Assembly: GCA_047495785.1 (NCBI GenBank)
Contig: JBLDXI010000042.1
Span: 4,154,001 to 4,218,000 of the forward strand
From: Lepidodermella squamata
Taxonomy: Eukaryota > Animalia > Gastrotricha
Direction of reading: 5' to 3'
DNA length: 64,000 nt
The first letter of the stretch is position 1. The number at the start of each line of letters is the position of its first letter. Both the position numbers and the translations under genes were made by a program. A model generated the notes under the pieces. The model did no database searches. It saw nothing but the letters and a program-made list of their open reading frames with translations, and was not told the DNA's origin. Below are positions 49,123-60,952 of the stretch, one piece after another.

Positions 49123-51558
49123 ATGTTCTTCTCAATGATGCTTATCGTTACCAATATTATAATGAGCTACGCCGCAAAGCCGAAAACCTTGTCTCTTCTT
49201 GCGCTCGTGCCCAAGTTTGATTTCGAGCCATTGGGAGGTCCGATTTGTGAGCTATCAATGCAAGTCGCTATGAATGAGGCAAACTCTCGAGTGGACTTAT
49301 TGAAAGACTACTATTTGAACGTGACTTACAGCGACGATGGCGAGGATACCCCTAGCCTTTTCGGGAATGCCCTGAAGAACTATTTTGAATACCTGAAGGC
49401 TGAGGAGAACCACGTTTTGACCGATAGCATAATAACCACTACTAGCCCTGTTTTTGTGGGGACATTCAGCCAAAACGGTTGTCAGTATCTTGGAGCTTTT
49501 GCCCATATCTACAATATGGTAAATATTGCCACGGGATGCAACTGGCCGGTTTTCACGGCAAACCGACGGATATATCCGAACTTCTACCGTAGTGCTATTT
49601 CTGATGAAATGACTATTTTCCCGGTGATCAAATTCATTAAAGAAGTCGGGAGTTGGAATAGAGTCGCTATCCTAGCCACATCTTTCCTACCATATGATGC
49701 CATGAGTTCTCAATACGCCTACCAAGGGTTGAGTAGAGAGGGCATTCAAGTTGTTTGGTTCAACCAATTTCCTGCAATCGACGATTCTTTCGCATCTTTA
49801 AAAGCAGCTAATGTTCGAATAATTGTCATCTATCTTCTTCAAACGGATGTTCTTTTTGAGACGTTATGCTTATGGCAAAAAGTAGGAATCACCCCGGAGA
49901 ATGGCTACATCTTCATCTTCCGAGGCCCGACAATTTACAGCGAAAACGAGGTGATTGATGCTTTGAAATTCGTGTGTCCAAAGGAGGTTGTCATAGCTCA
50001 ACTAAAGTCATCATTTTTCATTGGCTCTGTCGAATGGCAGATGACTTCTGAAGGGGAAAAGGTACCGACCAGCTTAAGATACAATATTTACGAGTTCGAT
50101 AGCCGATTGAGCGCTTTGGTGCGCGAAAGAACTACGACCCCAACGACTTATCTCAATGGTTACCAGTACAGGTCTCGATGCCACGATACCATGCTTCAAA
50201 GCATAATGACATTGGATAGTGCAGAGAAGATGCTCCAGAGAGAAAACCTGACCCTTTCAGATTACAGATTATTCCCCGAAAAAATATCAAGAGTTGTTAA
50301 CGAAAGTGCGGCTAGCGTAAGGTTCAGTGGTCTGAGGGGGGGTCTCACCTCTTATTCAGAGCGCGCTGAGTTTGATAACGAAGTCCAGCACATCAAGCAG
50401 TGGTCTTTGAATACAGGAGGTCTCGGTCGACTTTTGTACAAAGTCAACAAAATCAGGCCCGACCCTCACTCCAGCGGCTCCTTTGCTTTGGAGAAGATAG
50501 CAGATCCTGTCTGGTTCTTTACATCTCAAAATGGGCGGCCTCCGAAGGATTCATGGGGCTTGAAGTCAGAGCTAGTAACATCTTCGATACAAATGAAAAT
50601 TTCGGTCGTAACGATAGCTGGATTGCTGTTTGCTTGTGAAATTCTGCTGCTATTTAGGATGATCTGGTTTAAGATTAAAAGGGGAAAGCTTATGTCGCGG
50701 CATATAGCCTTAATCTTAGGACTAACTCTTCTGCTCGGTTCCTCAGTAAGTTTCATCCTGGATTTCGATAATTTGAAGGTGAGTGACGCAATGTGTCTTA
50801 TTCGCTTCTCGCTACTTGCTGTCGGCTTCTCCGTTGTCACTGGTACATCTTTGCCTGCGATGGTCACTGCATATCATTCCAAGGCAGCGATGTCTCAAGT
50901 GAGATTAGACCCTAAGACCAGTTGTGCTAGAGATTCGATTAGAAGGGAAAGCCACTTGAGCGTTAACTTCGCCCAAAACACCAGTATGTATCATCCGAAA
51001 ATTCGAAACTCTCGACAGTTCCAGCCCATGAGCGCTAAGCTTGAGAGAAGCTTGATTATTGTATTTTCGCTTGGCATCCCTATCCTGAATGCGATAATTC
51101 TTGTGGCGTGGTTCATTACCGAGAAATCCATCGCCAAATTGGTCGGCTTTTCGAAAATTCCTATGTACGACCCAATAACCGATACGTTCATTAGCGAGCT
51201 CGCAATCGCATGCTCATCTTCGAATCAAATTACCTGGACAGCTATACTCGTATCTATCCAAGCTGTGGTATTGATCGGATCCCTGTTTTTCGCGTACGAA
51301 TTGAGACATTTGCAGACACGCGATTGTGAAGAATTGAAACATGTCACGCAGCTGCGCATTGCTAGCGTGAATTCGGCGTTGATGTTCACAGCCACAGCGA
51401 TCATTTTACTCATATTTCCGAATTCACTTCACCAGCATGAAATAATGGCGATTTCAGTGTTGATTTACACATTGGCCACTAGCCTAATATTTTTCGGCGT
51501 AGGAGCGACTATGAAGCCTGCGCCGACGCCTCAGGCACTACTTCATCTCGTGACTTGA
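49123..51558 (+). CDS. Class C GPCR, GABA-B-like (Venus flytrap plus 7TM), intronless, 811 aa
   Basis: Signal; AMNEANSRVDLLKDYYLNV, YPNFYRS, WNRVAIL, ANVRIIV, FSGLRG, NGRPPKD; seven hydrophobic segments; no Cys-rich linker. Confidence 0.85.
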   Translation: MFFSMMLIVTNIIMSYAAKPKTLSLLALVPKFDFEPLGGPICELSMQVAMNEANSRVDLLKDYYLNVTYSDDGEDTPSLFGNALKNYFEYLKAEENHVLTDSIITTTSPVFVGTFSQNGCQYLGAFAHIYNMVNIATGCNWPVFTANRRIYPNFYRSAISDEMTIFPVIKFIKEVGSWNRVAILATSFLPYDAMSSQYAYQGLSREGIQVVWFNQFPAIDDSFASLKAANVRIIVIYLLQTDVLFETLCLWQKVGITPENGYIFIFRGPTIYSENEVIDALKFVCPKEVVIAQLKSSFFIGSVEWQMTSEGEKVPTSLRYNIYEFDSRLSALVRERTTTPTTYLNGYQYRSRCHDTMLQSIMTLDSAEKMLQRENLTLSDYRLFPEKISRVVNESAASVRFSGLRGGLTSYSERAEFDNEVQHIKQWSLNTGGLGRLLYKVNKIRPDPHSSGSFALEKIADPVWFFTSQNGRPPKDSWGLKSELVTSSIQMKISVVTIAGLLFACEILLLFRMIWFKIKRGKLMSRHIALILGLTLLLGSSVSFILDFDNLKVSDAMCLIRFSLLAVGFSVVTGTSLPAMVTAYHSKAAMSQVRLDPKTSCARDSIRRESHLSVNFAQNTSMYHPKIRNSRQFQPMSAKLERSLIIVFSLGIPILNAIILVAWFITEKSIAKLVGFSKIPMYDPITDTFISELAIACSSSNQITWTAILVSIQAVVLIGSLFFAYELRHLQTRDCEELKHVTQLRIASVNSALMFTATAIILLIFPNSLHQHEIMAISVLIYTLATSLIFFGVGATMKPAPTPQALLHLVT

Positions 51559-52328
51559 ATTTTCTTCCTGTCAAGGATCTTATTACACGGTTTTATCCCA
51601 TTTGCTATTTTCGTTATTTTCTGTGCATTCCATTCAAAAATCGCTGTGAATGAAAAAGAGAGTATAGGTAACTGAAGTGCAATAAATAGTACCTACAATT
51701 ATTTTCAGATTAAGTATTTACGATTCATTTTTTTACCAGCCGCATGACTGAAAATTCGGACTCCAGTGGAATGCAAAGAAATGAAGACCCGAAAGGCTGA
51801 ACGGGATACGATTCCTGAAGATGAGTGGATGAGTGAAGTGACGAGATTGACCTCTTACGACCTTTCGTGAAAGATTTTTGAGATCAGAGCTAGAATAGTG
51901 CCGAGTTAGAGTTTCGTAAACTTATCCTGACTTTATGAAGTATTTTAGCCATATATAATCATCCGATTTCCAACCAAAATTGGTATAACTATAACTTTTT
52001 CAATTCATAATTTCATTCTCGAAATATTTACATTTATTAAACTGGAAAATCACTAAATTAGTCTGTTTTATAAGGTTTTGACTGGAGCTGGGCTGATCCT
52101 CCATTCATCAATTTATTCGTAAAACGCTCCCAGTCGACTATACATAACCCAGATAATAGCCCATTGCTGTACACACGCACACACACACACATGCATCGTA
52201 AATAACAACAAAAATACGACTTTTAGTACACGTATGAATAAAGCAAACCAAGTAGCACTCACTACACACGATATTTATATATAGAGTACATGTAGTAAAA
52301 GGCTTTATATATAAGCATCACTGATAAA

Positions 52329-54377
52329 ATGGTAAATGGCGGAACAGAAGAAGCACAGAAAAATATGCTTCACTGGGCTGACTATGTTGTATTCGGCCTT
52401 TTGCTAGTTATTTCAGCCAGTGTTGGCCCTATCAGTTTATGGCGGAACCGCAACAAAGCAACGACCGCGGAAAGGTTATCATGAACATTTTAAAAATTTT
52501 CTTATTTTTCATGTGATCTGTTTTATAGTTATTTCATGCCGAAAAAGGGTCTTCACCTAATCCCGGCGAGCGCTTCCCTTTTCGCGTCTTTCTTCTCAGC
52601 ATCGAGCATAATTTCAAACCCCCTTGAACTCTACGTAGGCGGTGCTAGGTTTTTCATGACTAGCATCGGCCAAGCAATTGGGATCATCATCGGAGCAATT
52701 TTTATAGTACCAATGCTCTACCGGCTTAAAATCATGTCATCGTACGCATATTTTGAACTTCGATACCAGTCGAAACTTCTGCGAAAGGTGAATTGTGCTA
52801 TGGGCGCATTTGCCAGCACCTTCTACCTCGGCATTGTCACATTCGCGCCATGCATTGCCCTGGAAGCTGTGACTCCCATCCCCGTTTGGGCTAGTATCAT
52901 CGTCTCCGCCGGATGTACCATGACCTATTCCGTCCTTGGCGGAATCAAAAGCGTTGTCCTGGTTGATTTCATACAAGCAGGTGTTATGTTCATTGGCGTG
53001 ATTGCAGCATTGATAATTGGTTCGTCGAAAATCGAAGGCGGATTCTCAAGGGCGATTGAGGTTGCCTCGGAACATGGACGGCTGACGTTTTTGGACTTCA
53101 ACCCGGATCCCAGGAATACTTACTCATTCTATGCGACGGTTTTCCCCGCGATTGTCTTGGCGGCGAATATTTTTACGAGTACGCAGCCAGCTCTGCAGAG
53201 GTACGCCGCCCTTCCGAATGTCAAACAGGCTGTGACGTAAGTTTTTAATCCGTATTTTTTGGCTTTAATCCTAATTTCATTTTTTCAGATCCGTCCTGCT
53301 TCTTGCACCTCAATATGTTGCGTTGAAATCCCTACTACTCCTCCTCGCTACTGTGATGTTTGCTCATTACCAAATCAAAGGTAATTTACTTCAATATGCT
53401 TGGAATACAGGTTTAACTATAAAGTCTTAGGCTGTGATCCTTTGAGGGGTGGCTTGGTGAAAAATCCGAATCAGCTTTTGACTCACTACCTCTCCGAAAT
53501 ACTCCAATACCCAGGCGTTTTAGGCCTGTGGTTCGCTGCCCTCTTTAGCGGGGCTTTGTCTACAATGTCAACGCGTTACAACTCAATAGCTTCAGTGATC
53601 TGGGAAGATTTGCTCAAAGAACTTCTTTCACCACGCCTTTCACCCCGAGGAATCGCGATAGCTCTGAAAGTCACCTCATTAAGCGTCGGTCTCGTCTCTG
53701 TGGCTCTTGCCATGCTTTTTCAAACCTTCCAAGGCTCCTTGATGCAACTGGCCAAGGCAACATGTAAGTCAAGACCTTTCACACGCATTGATATTGATAT
53801 GCCTCGATTTTTTCAGTAAGCGTTTTCGGTAGTCCCCTGGACATCGCCTTCACAGCTGGGATTCTGTTTCCATTCGTGAATGCGGCTGGTACTGTCGTTG
53901 GAATGTTTTTAGCAGCAATCTTCACAGCGGCTATATCCGCTGGTCAGATCGGGTTCAGCCTAGGAAGTAAGAAAAGCTGGCTGCCAACGAACACTTTGAA
54001 CTGCACTGTTACAAATGCTACAACTGTGGCTAAAAATTCAACAACGAAATTTTACCTGCCAGAACCGATCGAATTTATGTTTTCGATCAGTTTTTATTTG
54101 TACCCTTTTATTGCTCTGCTGCTCGGCATGATTGTTGCGATGCTGGTCAGTTTATGTACAGGTTGGTAAATTCTAATTTTGCAATTCTTTGAATTCACGG
54201 GATTTTGATTGTTCAGGTGGACTCAAGAATGCTCGCTCAGTTGATGGTGCTACTCTAGTCGTGAGGAATTGTTTTGCTGGCAAGCTTCCGAGCAACGACG
54301 CTGTACAAGTTGGAGATGTTGGTCTGAAAGCTTGTGATACGCCATTGCTAATGCCGACACAAACCTCGAATTTGTGA
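52329..54377 (+). CDS. SLC5 sodium:solute symporter (SMCT/SMVT-like)
   Basis: Six exons. WADYVVFGLLL, ASLFASFFS, SSYAYFELRY, LGGIKSVVLVDFIQ, QPALQRY, CDPLRGG, ALFSGALSTMS. Confidence 0.92.
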
Positions 54378-54826
54378 GCTATAAGATGCTGACTACATTG
54401 ATCCTGGTGTTGAATACGGTATTTAGTAACTAAAAATTTATTGTTGCGAATGGCTTTCAAGTTTCAATAAATCTGTTGAAAAGTTGTCAGTTGCCAGTTT
54501 GGCGTGGAATCTCAAGTCAGAATTTATGACAAAAGCCTCATAAAAAGGTGTATGACTCCCTTGGTATGAAAATGGTAGCATGTAAAGTCAGCTGCGCCAT
54601 CACATTTTGATGGAATTGTCCACTCCAAGAAATTAACCTAGGCGAAAAACACCTCAATATTAGAATTTATTTACATTTGCAGTAGCTAGCCATTTATTTC
54701 AGTCAATCACAAAAACCAACACCTTTACTGCAACTCTCAAGAAATTGCTCACAATAATATCACTTTGCGACTCGACAAACATCTCCACAATTTCACGATC
54801 TAGCCACTACATCTTGCCGATGCCCG

Positions 54827-55141
54827 TTAACCATGGGTGGAGACGCATCGAGTTTCCGTCGCTTCCCTCGTGCCGTAGGGGCAGGAGCCGCGTTGGGCTT
54901 CTTGCAAAACTTCCGCCGGTTCCTCGCGTCCAGAGCCGATCTTCTTGCAAACCGTAAACGTTTCCAGCTTTTGGCCCCTGCCGCATCTTGTGGGGGCACG
55001 CTCGGCTTCTTGCAAAACTTCCGATTCAGTTTCGGCAGTGACGGCGAACACAACGCAAGCCTGAAATAAAATACGTAACTTTATGATATATGGAAATAAT
55101 ACTGAACTTACGACAATAGCAAGAGCAAGGTAAACTTTCAT
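54827..55141 (-). CDS. EAxR peptide precursor A, 87 aa, two mature peptides
   Basis: Exons 55141-55112 and 55060-54827: MKVYLALAIVACVVFAVTA-ETESEVLQEAER-APTRCGRGQKLETFTVCKKIGSGR-EEPAEVLQEAQR-GSCPYGTREATETRCVSTHG*. Confidence 0.88.
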   Translation of the reverse strand: MKVYLALAIVVSSVLFPYIIKLRILFQACVVFAVTAETESEVLQEAERAPTRCGRGQKLETFTVCKKIGSGREEPAEVLQEAQRGSCPYGTREATETRCVSTHG

Positions 55142-56624
55142 TGCGAATTTCAACTATTAGGACTGAAGACTGAACAAAAGTGTTTTAAAGATGAGAAAAA
55201 TGCAGAATGACACAGGGTCGCTCTGCCCATTCGATGAGCAGTTCGCTACACCTGCTCAAACATTTTCTGTGCCAAGTCGCCCGGGTGCTCATTATGTTAT
55301 GCCAAGGGCAAGGCCTCCTAATGAATAAAAGCAGCTGAATAATTGAAAATTAAATGAGAGGGGGATATTTTGCATGCCAATACTAATATGATAATAGGAA
55401 TAATAGTCATTTACCAAATGTACTAAAGTAAAAGGAAAAATTGTGAGAAGCAGTTTCGGTGCGAAAATTTATTTCAGTAATTAAGAGTCATCACTTGTCA
55501 TATAGTATGTACGTAGCTTTTTATGAGTTTTCGGTTGATTTTGTTATTTGTTGTTCATACTTCCGTAAGGTTGCCGTTCGAGTCGTCACGAACTCACGTA
55601 TTCATCCATTTTGCGCTATTTTTCTAAGAAAAGAATATTTTCGTTACCTGGCTAGCGCGCACCGGTCGCTGCACTCGTGCGAAGGGGCCACATATATATA
55701 AATTAAATCTTGAATGCATGTCCCGCTATTTTATAAATTGGCACTACGTGGCCCTGAAGATCAGTTCGCTACTAATAAAGGTGTATTTTCTCGGCTATTT
55801 TGTCTTGTTCGCTGACCGGGGACTTTCATATTTTTTTCGTATGATATTGAATATCGCACTGCCATTGCTTGATTCCAGCACGAGTTCTTATCGTTTGTTG
55901 CGATTTATTGCATTAATCACAATTGTCATCATGATTGAATAATTTTCACGCATACCCATTATGGGACACTGCACAATTGAAACGGTTAAAATTCATGATT
56001 GGGCCAGAGATGTCCAAAATTAAATGAACTAAAGTGAGACGAAATACGTTTAACGGGCGAATTTCTGCTCTTTCGGTGCGAAATCTTAGTAATTTAGGGC
56101 GATATTGCCGTTGTCTACCATCATATGAACCCTTCAATAACCCACGGTTTTCATGGGTTTACAATTGCCGTGATCACGACATTGATACTCGCTTGTCTCT
56201 ATCATCGCGCGCGTTTACTATTAGTCGCAATCGACATATCCGCCCAGTTGATTTCTTACGAGCATCGTAATTTCCCCATCAGATATATGATGTCCAGATT
56301 CATATTGCTTCGATGTCCAGATTCATATTGCTCCCATGAACAATCTTGAAACTACCGTCGGATCAAAGCAGGTTTCGTGATACACATGTGACATACCTAT
56401 TGTTCAGCGCACTAGAGAGCACCCTCCTCGCTCATTATTATCATGAAAAAGGAGTATCTGAGAGGAGCAGAAGCATTTATTTTAGACACTCTCCAAAACC
56501 GACATCCACGTTATACCATCAAGTCTCACAGCCATTATTGCTGCAAAGTAATTTCGTACTCAACAGCTATATCCACTGTTTACGATAATATATCCTTCCA
56601 GCCCTCTCAAATTGCAAATTCCTC

Positions 56625-56973
56625 TTAACCACGAGGGGGCAGGCATTTAGTTTCCTTTACTAGTCTGTCCTCGTTGGGTCCGCAATCGGGCATGTAAGGG
56701 TTATTGCCGCGTTGGGCTTCTGACTCTGGATCAAAGCTGCGGGGTTTGCCGTTGAGTTTCTTCACGCAATGCGCTATAAGCGTCGGGACTTGGCCTTTGG
56801 GGCATGGGTTTTTCCATTGCGGAGCGCGTGCAACTGCTTGAGGTACTTGGAATGCATATTTGCCTTCAGCTGTAGCGACGATCATAACGCAGACCTGTTT
56901 TTTATGCAAAAATTTAAATGGTATCAGCATCAACAGAACTTACCAGAAGAAGAAAAGTTAGGTAGGCTCTCAT
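56625..56973 (-). CDS. EAxR peptide precursor C, 99 aa, two mature peptides
   Basis: Exons 56973-56944 and 56894-56625: MRAYLTFLLLVCVMIVATA-EGKYAFQVPQAVAR-APQWKNPCPKGQVPTLIAHCVKKLNGKPR-SFDPESEAQR-GNNPYMPDCGPNEDRLVKETKCLPPRG*. Confidence 0.85.
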
Positions 56974-57157
56974 TTTGAGCTTTAGCGATTAACCGAGAAA
57001 ATAAAGTTTAAGATGTCAGAAAAAATGCAGAATGAAGAGAGGTTGCTCTTTCTATTCGATTCGCTACGCAACATGTTTTGACGCCAAAGTCGCCTGGGCG
57101 CCAGGGCTCATTGCGTCATAGGTCTAGCCGGGTAGGGAATATAATATACTGAATATA

Positions 57158-57890
57158 ATGTACTGCGATACCACTCTCTCGCAGCTGGCACCGACCAAGC
57201 TCAGCAAACTACAACGTCGCCAAGACCAGGCCGTAAGAATCATTTGCCACGCTCCGATGAACGCGGACCCAGCACCGCTCAGACAAAAACTCGGATGGCT
57301 GGATCTTGACGGAAAACGAAAAGTTCACCTGGCAACACTGATCTGGCGCTGCATTAATGGTGAGGCCCCGGTAGCAATAGCCAACTTCTTCAAACTTCGA
57401 ACCGCACCAATGGCTTCTACCCGCAAACAAAACGCCCTCAAAGAACTCTCAAACATCCTAGAGGTGCCCAGGGCTAAGTCAGCGATCATGGATCGGTGTT
57501 TGGCTCACCATGGATCGGTATTTTGGAATTCTCTCCCCGACCACATCCGCACATCCAAAACTGCCGACCAATGCAGAAACTTGGTTTACCGTCACCTGCT
57601 TACACAACAAAAAGAACTTACCTCAAATACCGCCGCCTGAAACCAGAAGACAAGAGCATTTGCATTTTATATTTTTATATTGATCCTGCTACAAACCAGC
57701 ATTCATCACAATTGTTTTCTTTGTTGAGCTATCTTCTTTTTTATACATATAAGTTACATGATGTTTATAACTATCTAATCTTGTGTACAGTTTAAATCGA
57801 ACCTAACTAATCCATTGTCTTTTTTTACAGCTGAGCTTTCCAACTTTTTCTAAAAACGGATGAATGGCTCATAAATAAATAAATAAAATA
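57158..57890 (+). mobile_element. 5'-truncated non-LTR retrotransposon (CR1/L2-group ORF2 tail)
   Basis: YCDT...KLQRRQDQAVRII...LGWLDL...WNSLPDHIR is typical of the post-RT region; 3' UTR ends in (TAAA)n at about 57871-57890. Confidence 0.85.
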
Positions 57891-58215
57891 ACAGCTGAAA
57901 ATGCAACGAAGAGACTTTTCGCACCGTCAGTCATAATACAAGATTAATAATAAAATAACTGTAGCTTAAGTTTGCCTCTAAATATGCATAAAAGTTGTCG
58001 ACTTATTACAATATTCGCCAAGAAGTACGAAGTGAGCAGTCTCTCGGGCTCCTCTGTCAGTTAAGATGCTCATTCTACCATTTTAATTGTATACAGCGGA
58101 TTTTATTAGCCGATCGAATACTTCGTTCTCGGTATGTACGAATTAGTATATGCAATTTGAACTATATTCATTATTGTAATAAAACATTTGAAATTAATAA
58201 TTAATGTCAAAGTTA

Positions 58216-60317
58216 TCAAAGGCGAGAGACAGCATCATTTTTGCTTGGTCTTGAGTTTCGAAGTTCGGCAAGACAAACATCGATTTGGCTTTTCACGCGA
58301 TAAACGTTCTCCATACTTTGCAGGAACATGTTGGCAACACCGCGGAAAACATCGGTTGTTACACAAGGATCTTGGACGAAATTGAACCGGACGAGGAAGT
58401 TCTTGCAAGAAGCAGTGCATTCCTGAGCAGGGAATGTTGCAGCGTTAACGCAGCTCGGCAGCAAACCTTGGCCAGGACTCATTGACAACAACCCCATTTT
58501 CATGCCGAATTCAAAGACCGAGCAGTTTTTGATCCTTAGGCTAGGCATTGAGAAACCTTGTGGCAAACTCGGCATCATCGGAATTTCAGAAGGCAAACCC
58601 ATTGGACCACCTAAGCTCGGTAATGGGAGAGGACCAGCACCTAGAGGATTCGGTAATCGCATCGGAGCTCCCGCTCCAGGTAGAGGCATTGATCCACCAG
58701 CACCAGGTGGTCCTCCAGATCCTAGCTTCCCGCCTGACATCATACCCATCAAGTTGGGAGCATTCATGGCCAACGTCATCAAACTCCGCATTTCACACCC
58801 GCTCAGCTGAAATTTTCGAATAATTATACACATTTGAAGAATAAGCTATTTTACCTCTCCGTTTGAGACATAAGGATGGAAACTGCTGTTCATTGGTCGA
58901 GGGTAGACCTCAAGAAAGACTAAGCACATCTCCTCCGTTGTTTTTTCCCCGAAAAAAGTGTAACGATCTTTGACCTCAGTAGTTGTGTATCCGCATTCAA
59001 TTTTAAGGTCGTCGCCCGCCTCCAATATCGGAGCTTGTTCCTTAGTCTCCCATACCAAGAATTTAGGCCTATCATAGGTAACTGGCTCATCGATAAGAGT
59101 AATCCTTTGCCCATCAGCTTTTGTGTGCACGAGTTTAACGTGCGTACCCAGCTGGTGCATGTGGAATAGAATAGAAGCAAGATAATACCTGCCGTTTCCA
59201 AACAACTTCTCACTGCAATTGGGCCGATTGAAAGCTCTCGCCTCAACTTGTATCGATTCAGCATTCGGGGGCAGAGCGAAATCGATCTGGCCAAGGTTGA
59301 TCATCGCGGTATCGAAAGGACGGCTCTTTTCCGCGTACCAAATGCTAATGCCAGACGAATCGACAATATTCTCGTACAGCAATGGGTTGTTGTAGTGAAT
59401 TTGAACAATAATCCGGCGGAAAGCATTTTTACCCATCAAAAGGCCTGTGTCGTTGTTGAAGCATCTCCCCTTTTGCCTGAGAAGAAGCTTAATTTTAACG
59501 ATTAAACGAAAATTTCTTGACTAACCCAAACGCCCAAACCATTCCCATGGACATGCAAATGCCAGGCGTCATCGGGCAAAATCCAGCTGTTTCGTACTTT
59601 TTGCTCGAAACCAGATTGTTGACCTCAGCATCGCTGTTACATGTGGCAACCGTCAAATGATGCATGAGCTCCTGATTATCGATGATCGGCTCCCACTAAG
59701 ATATGAAATCTTAGCTCAACCCATTTAGTAAATTGTGAACCTACCGCTATAACCTGATAATCCTTATCTGAGGGAACTTCAAACTGCTGACAGAAGTAGA
59801 TCGTATCGTTTTTAGGCAATAGAGTGTTGTTAAAGCGAAGCTCGATCATTTTCACCGAGGAATCACTGACAGCAGGACACAAATCGTCTTTCGTGATATT
59901 AAGGGCCTGAACGCATTGGCCGTTGTTTATTAGGAAGTTGTTCCTCTTGCGGCAATTCTCAGATCTGATGGGCTCGCAGACTCCAGGGTGGCTGAGCTGA
60001 GTCGATTTAGGGTGAGCTTGATCTGATGCCCAAAAACAGCTTGGATCTCCTAACTCCTCTCCATTCGTCTTTCCATCTCCATCGCTATCTTTGCGGCATA
60101 GCTCGGGAGTCCATTTCTTGCGAGAAGCTAAGAAGTCGCGACCAAATGGGTTGAGAGGGCCCATGCCCAGGACAGCCTCATGGCCAAGCCCTTTCCAAAT
60201 CTCACCTGGGCTGCATGGATTCGGAATCGCATCACCATTCGGTATTTCTAATTGAAACTGAGGGAAAGAAAACGCAAACAGTGGGAAAATAAGAAGGTTT
60301 ATGAGAAACGAAAGCAT
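58216..60317 (-). CDS. Secreted temptin-domain copper type II (DBH/PHM-family) monooxygenase
   Basis: Four exons. Signal; temptin motifs IPNG, GLGH, NPFGRDF, DSDGDGKTNGEELGDP; CuH ligands MHH and QIHYNNP; CuM ligands FHMHQLG and EEMC; Pro/Gly/Met-rich linker and Cys-containing C-terminus. Confidence 0.92.
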
Positions 60318-60952
60318 TTTAAGCTATGGAATAAGCAAAAGTTGTAAACATTTGCCATTTACACATGGTTAATATAGCTGATCCGCGTCTCTTCGACAAT
60401 GTTGAATTTTGTCTAGTGTGAAATGTCAAGTTTCTCTGTACATTTATTTATATGTAAACGCTACAATACTCATGGTAATACATCAATGAGCCTCTTTTTC
60501 TTATGAACAACACACTAGGGCATATATAGGGAGTAAAAAACGTGCTCTCTTCTACATTTCCCCAAAAGGTCTCGTTTCAACTTTTTAATGCAATGAAATC
60601 GATGCCAGATTTTATGAATTCTGGGAAAGCCCTTTTACACTCCATGTAGCTTATACAGAAGGTGCATGAATCCCCTGTAAAGAAATTGATAGCAGGTTAC
60701 AGTCAGCTGCGCCCTGCGCCATCACTTTTCGATGGAATGTTTTATGCTCCTAGAAATGCACCTAGCCGAATACCAACCCAAGATGAGAATATCTTTACAT
60801 TTGCAGCAGCTAGCCATTTATTTCAGTCAATCGCATATAAACGAACACCTTCAATGCAACTCTAAAGAAATTTCTCACAATAATATCACTTTGCGACTCG
60901 ACAAACATCTCCACAATTTCACATTCAAGCCACTACATCTTGCCGATGACCG

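Noticed and set aside
56346-56620. Weak similarity to a LINE ORF2 tail (LKLPSDQSRF...)
   Set aside because: Too degenerate to support without a profile search.
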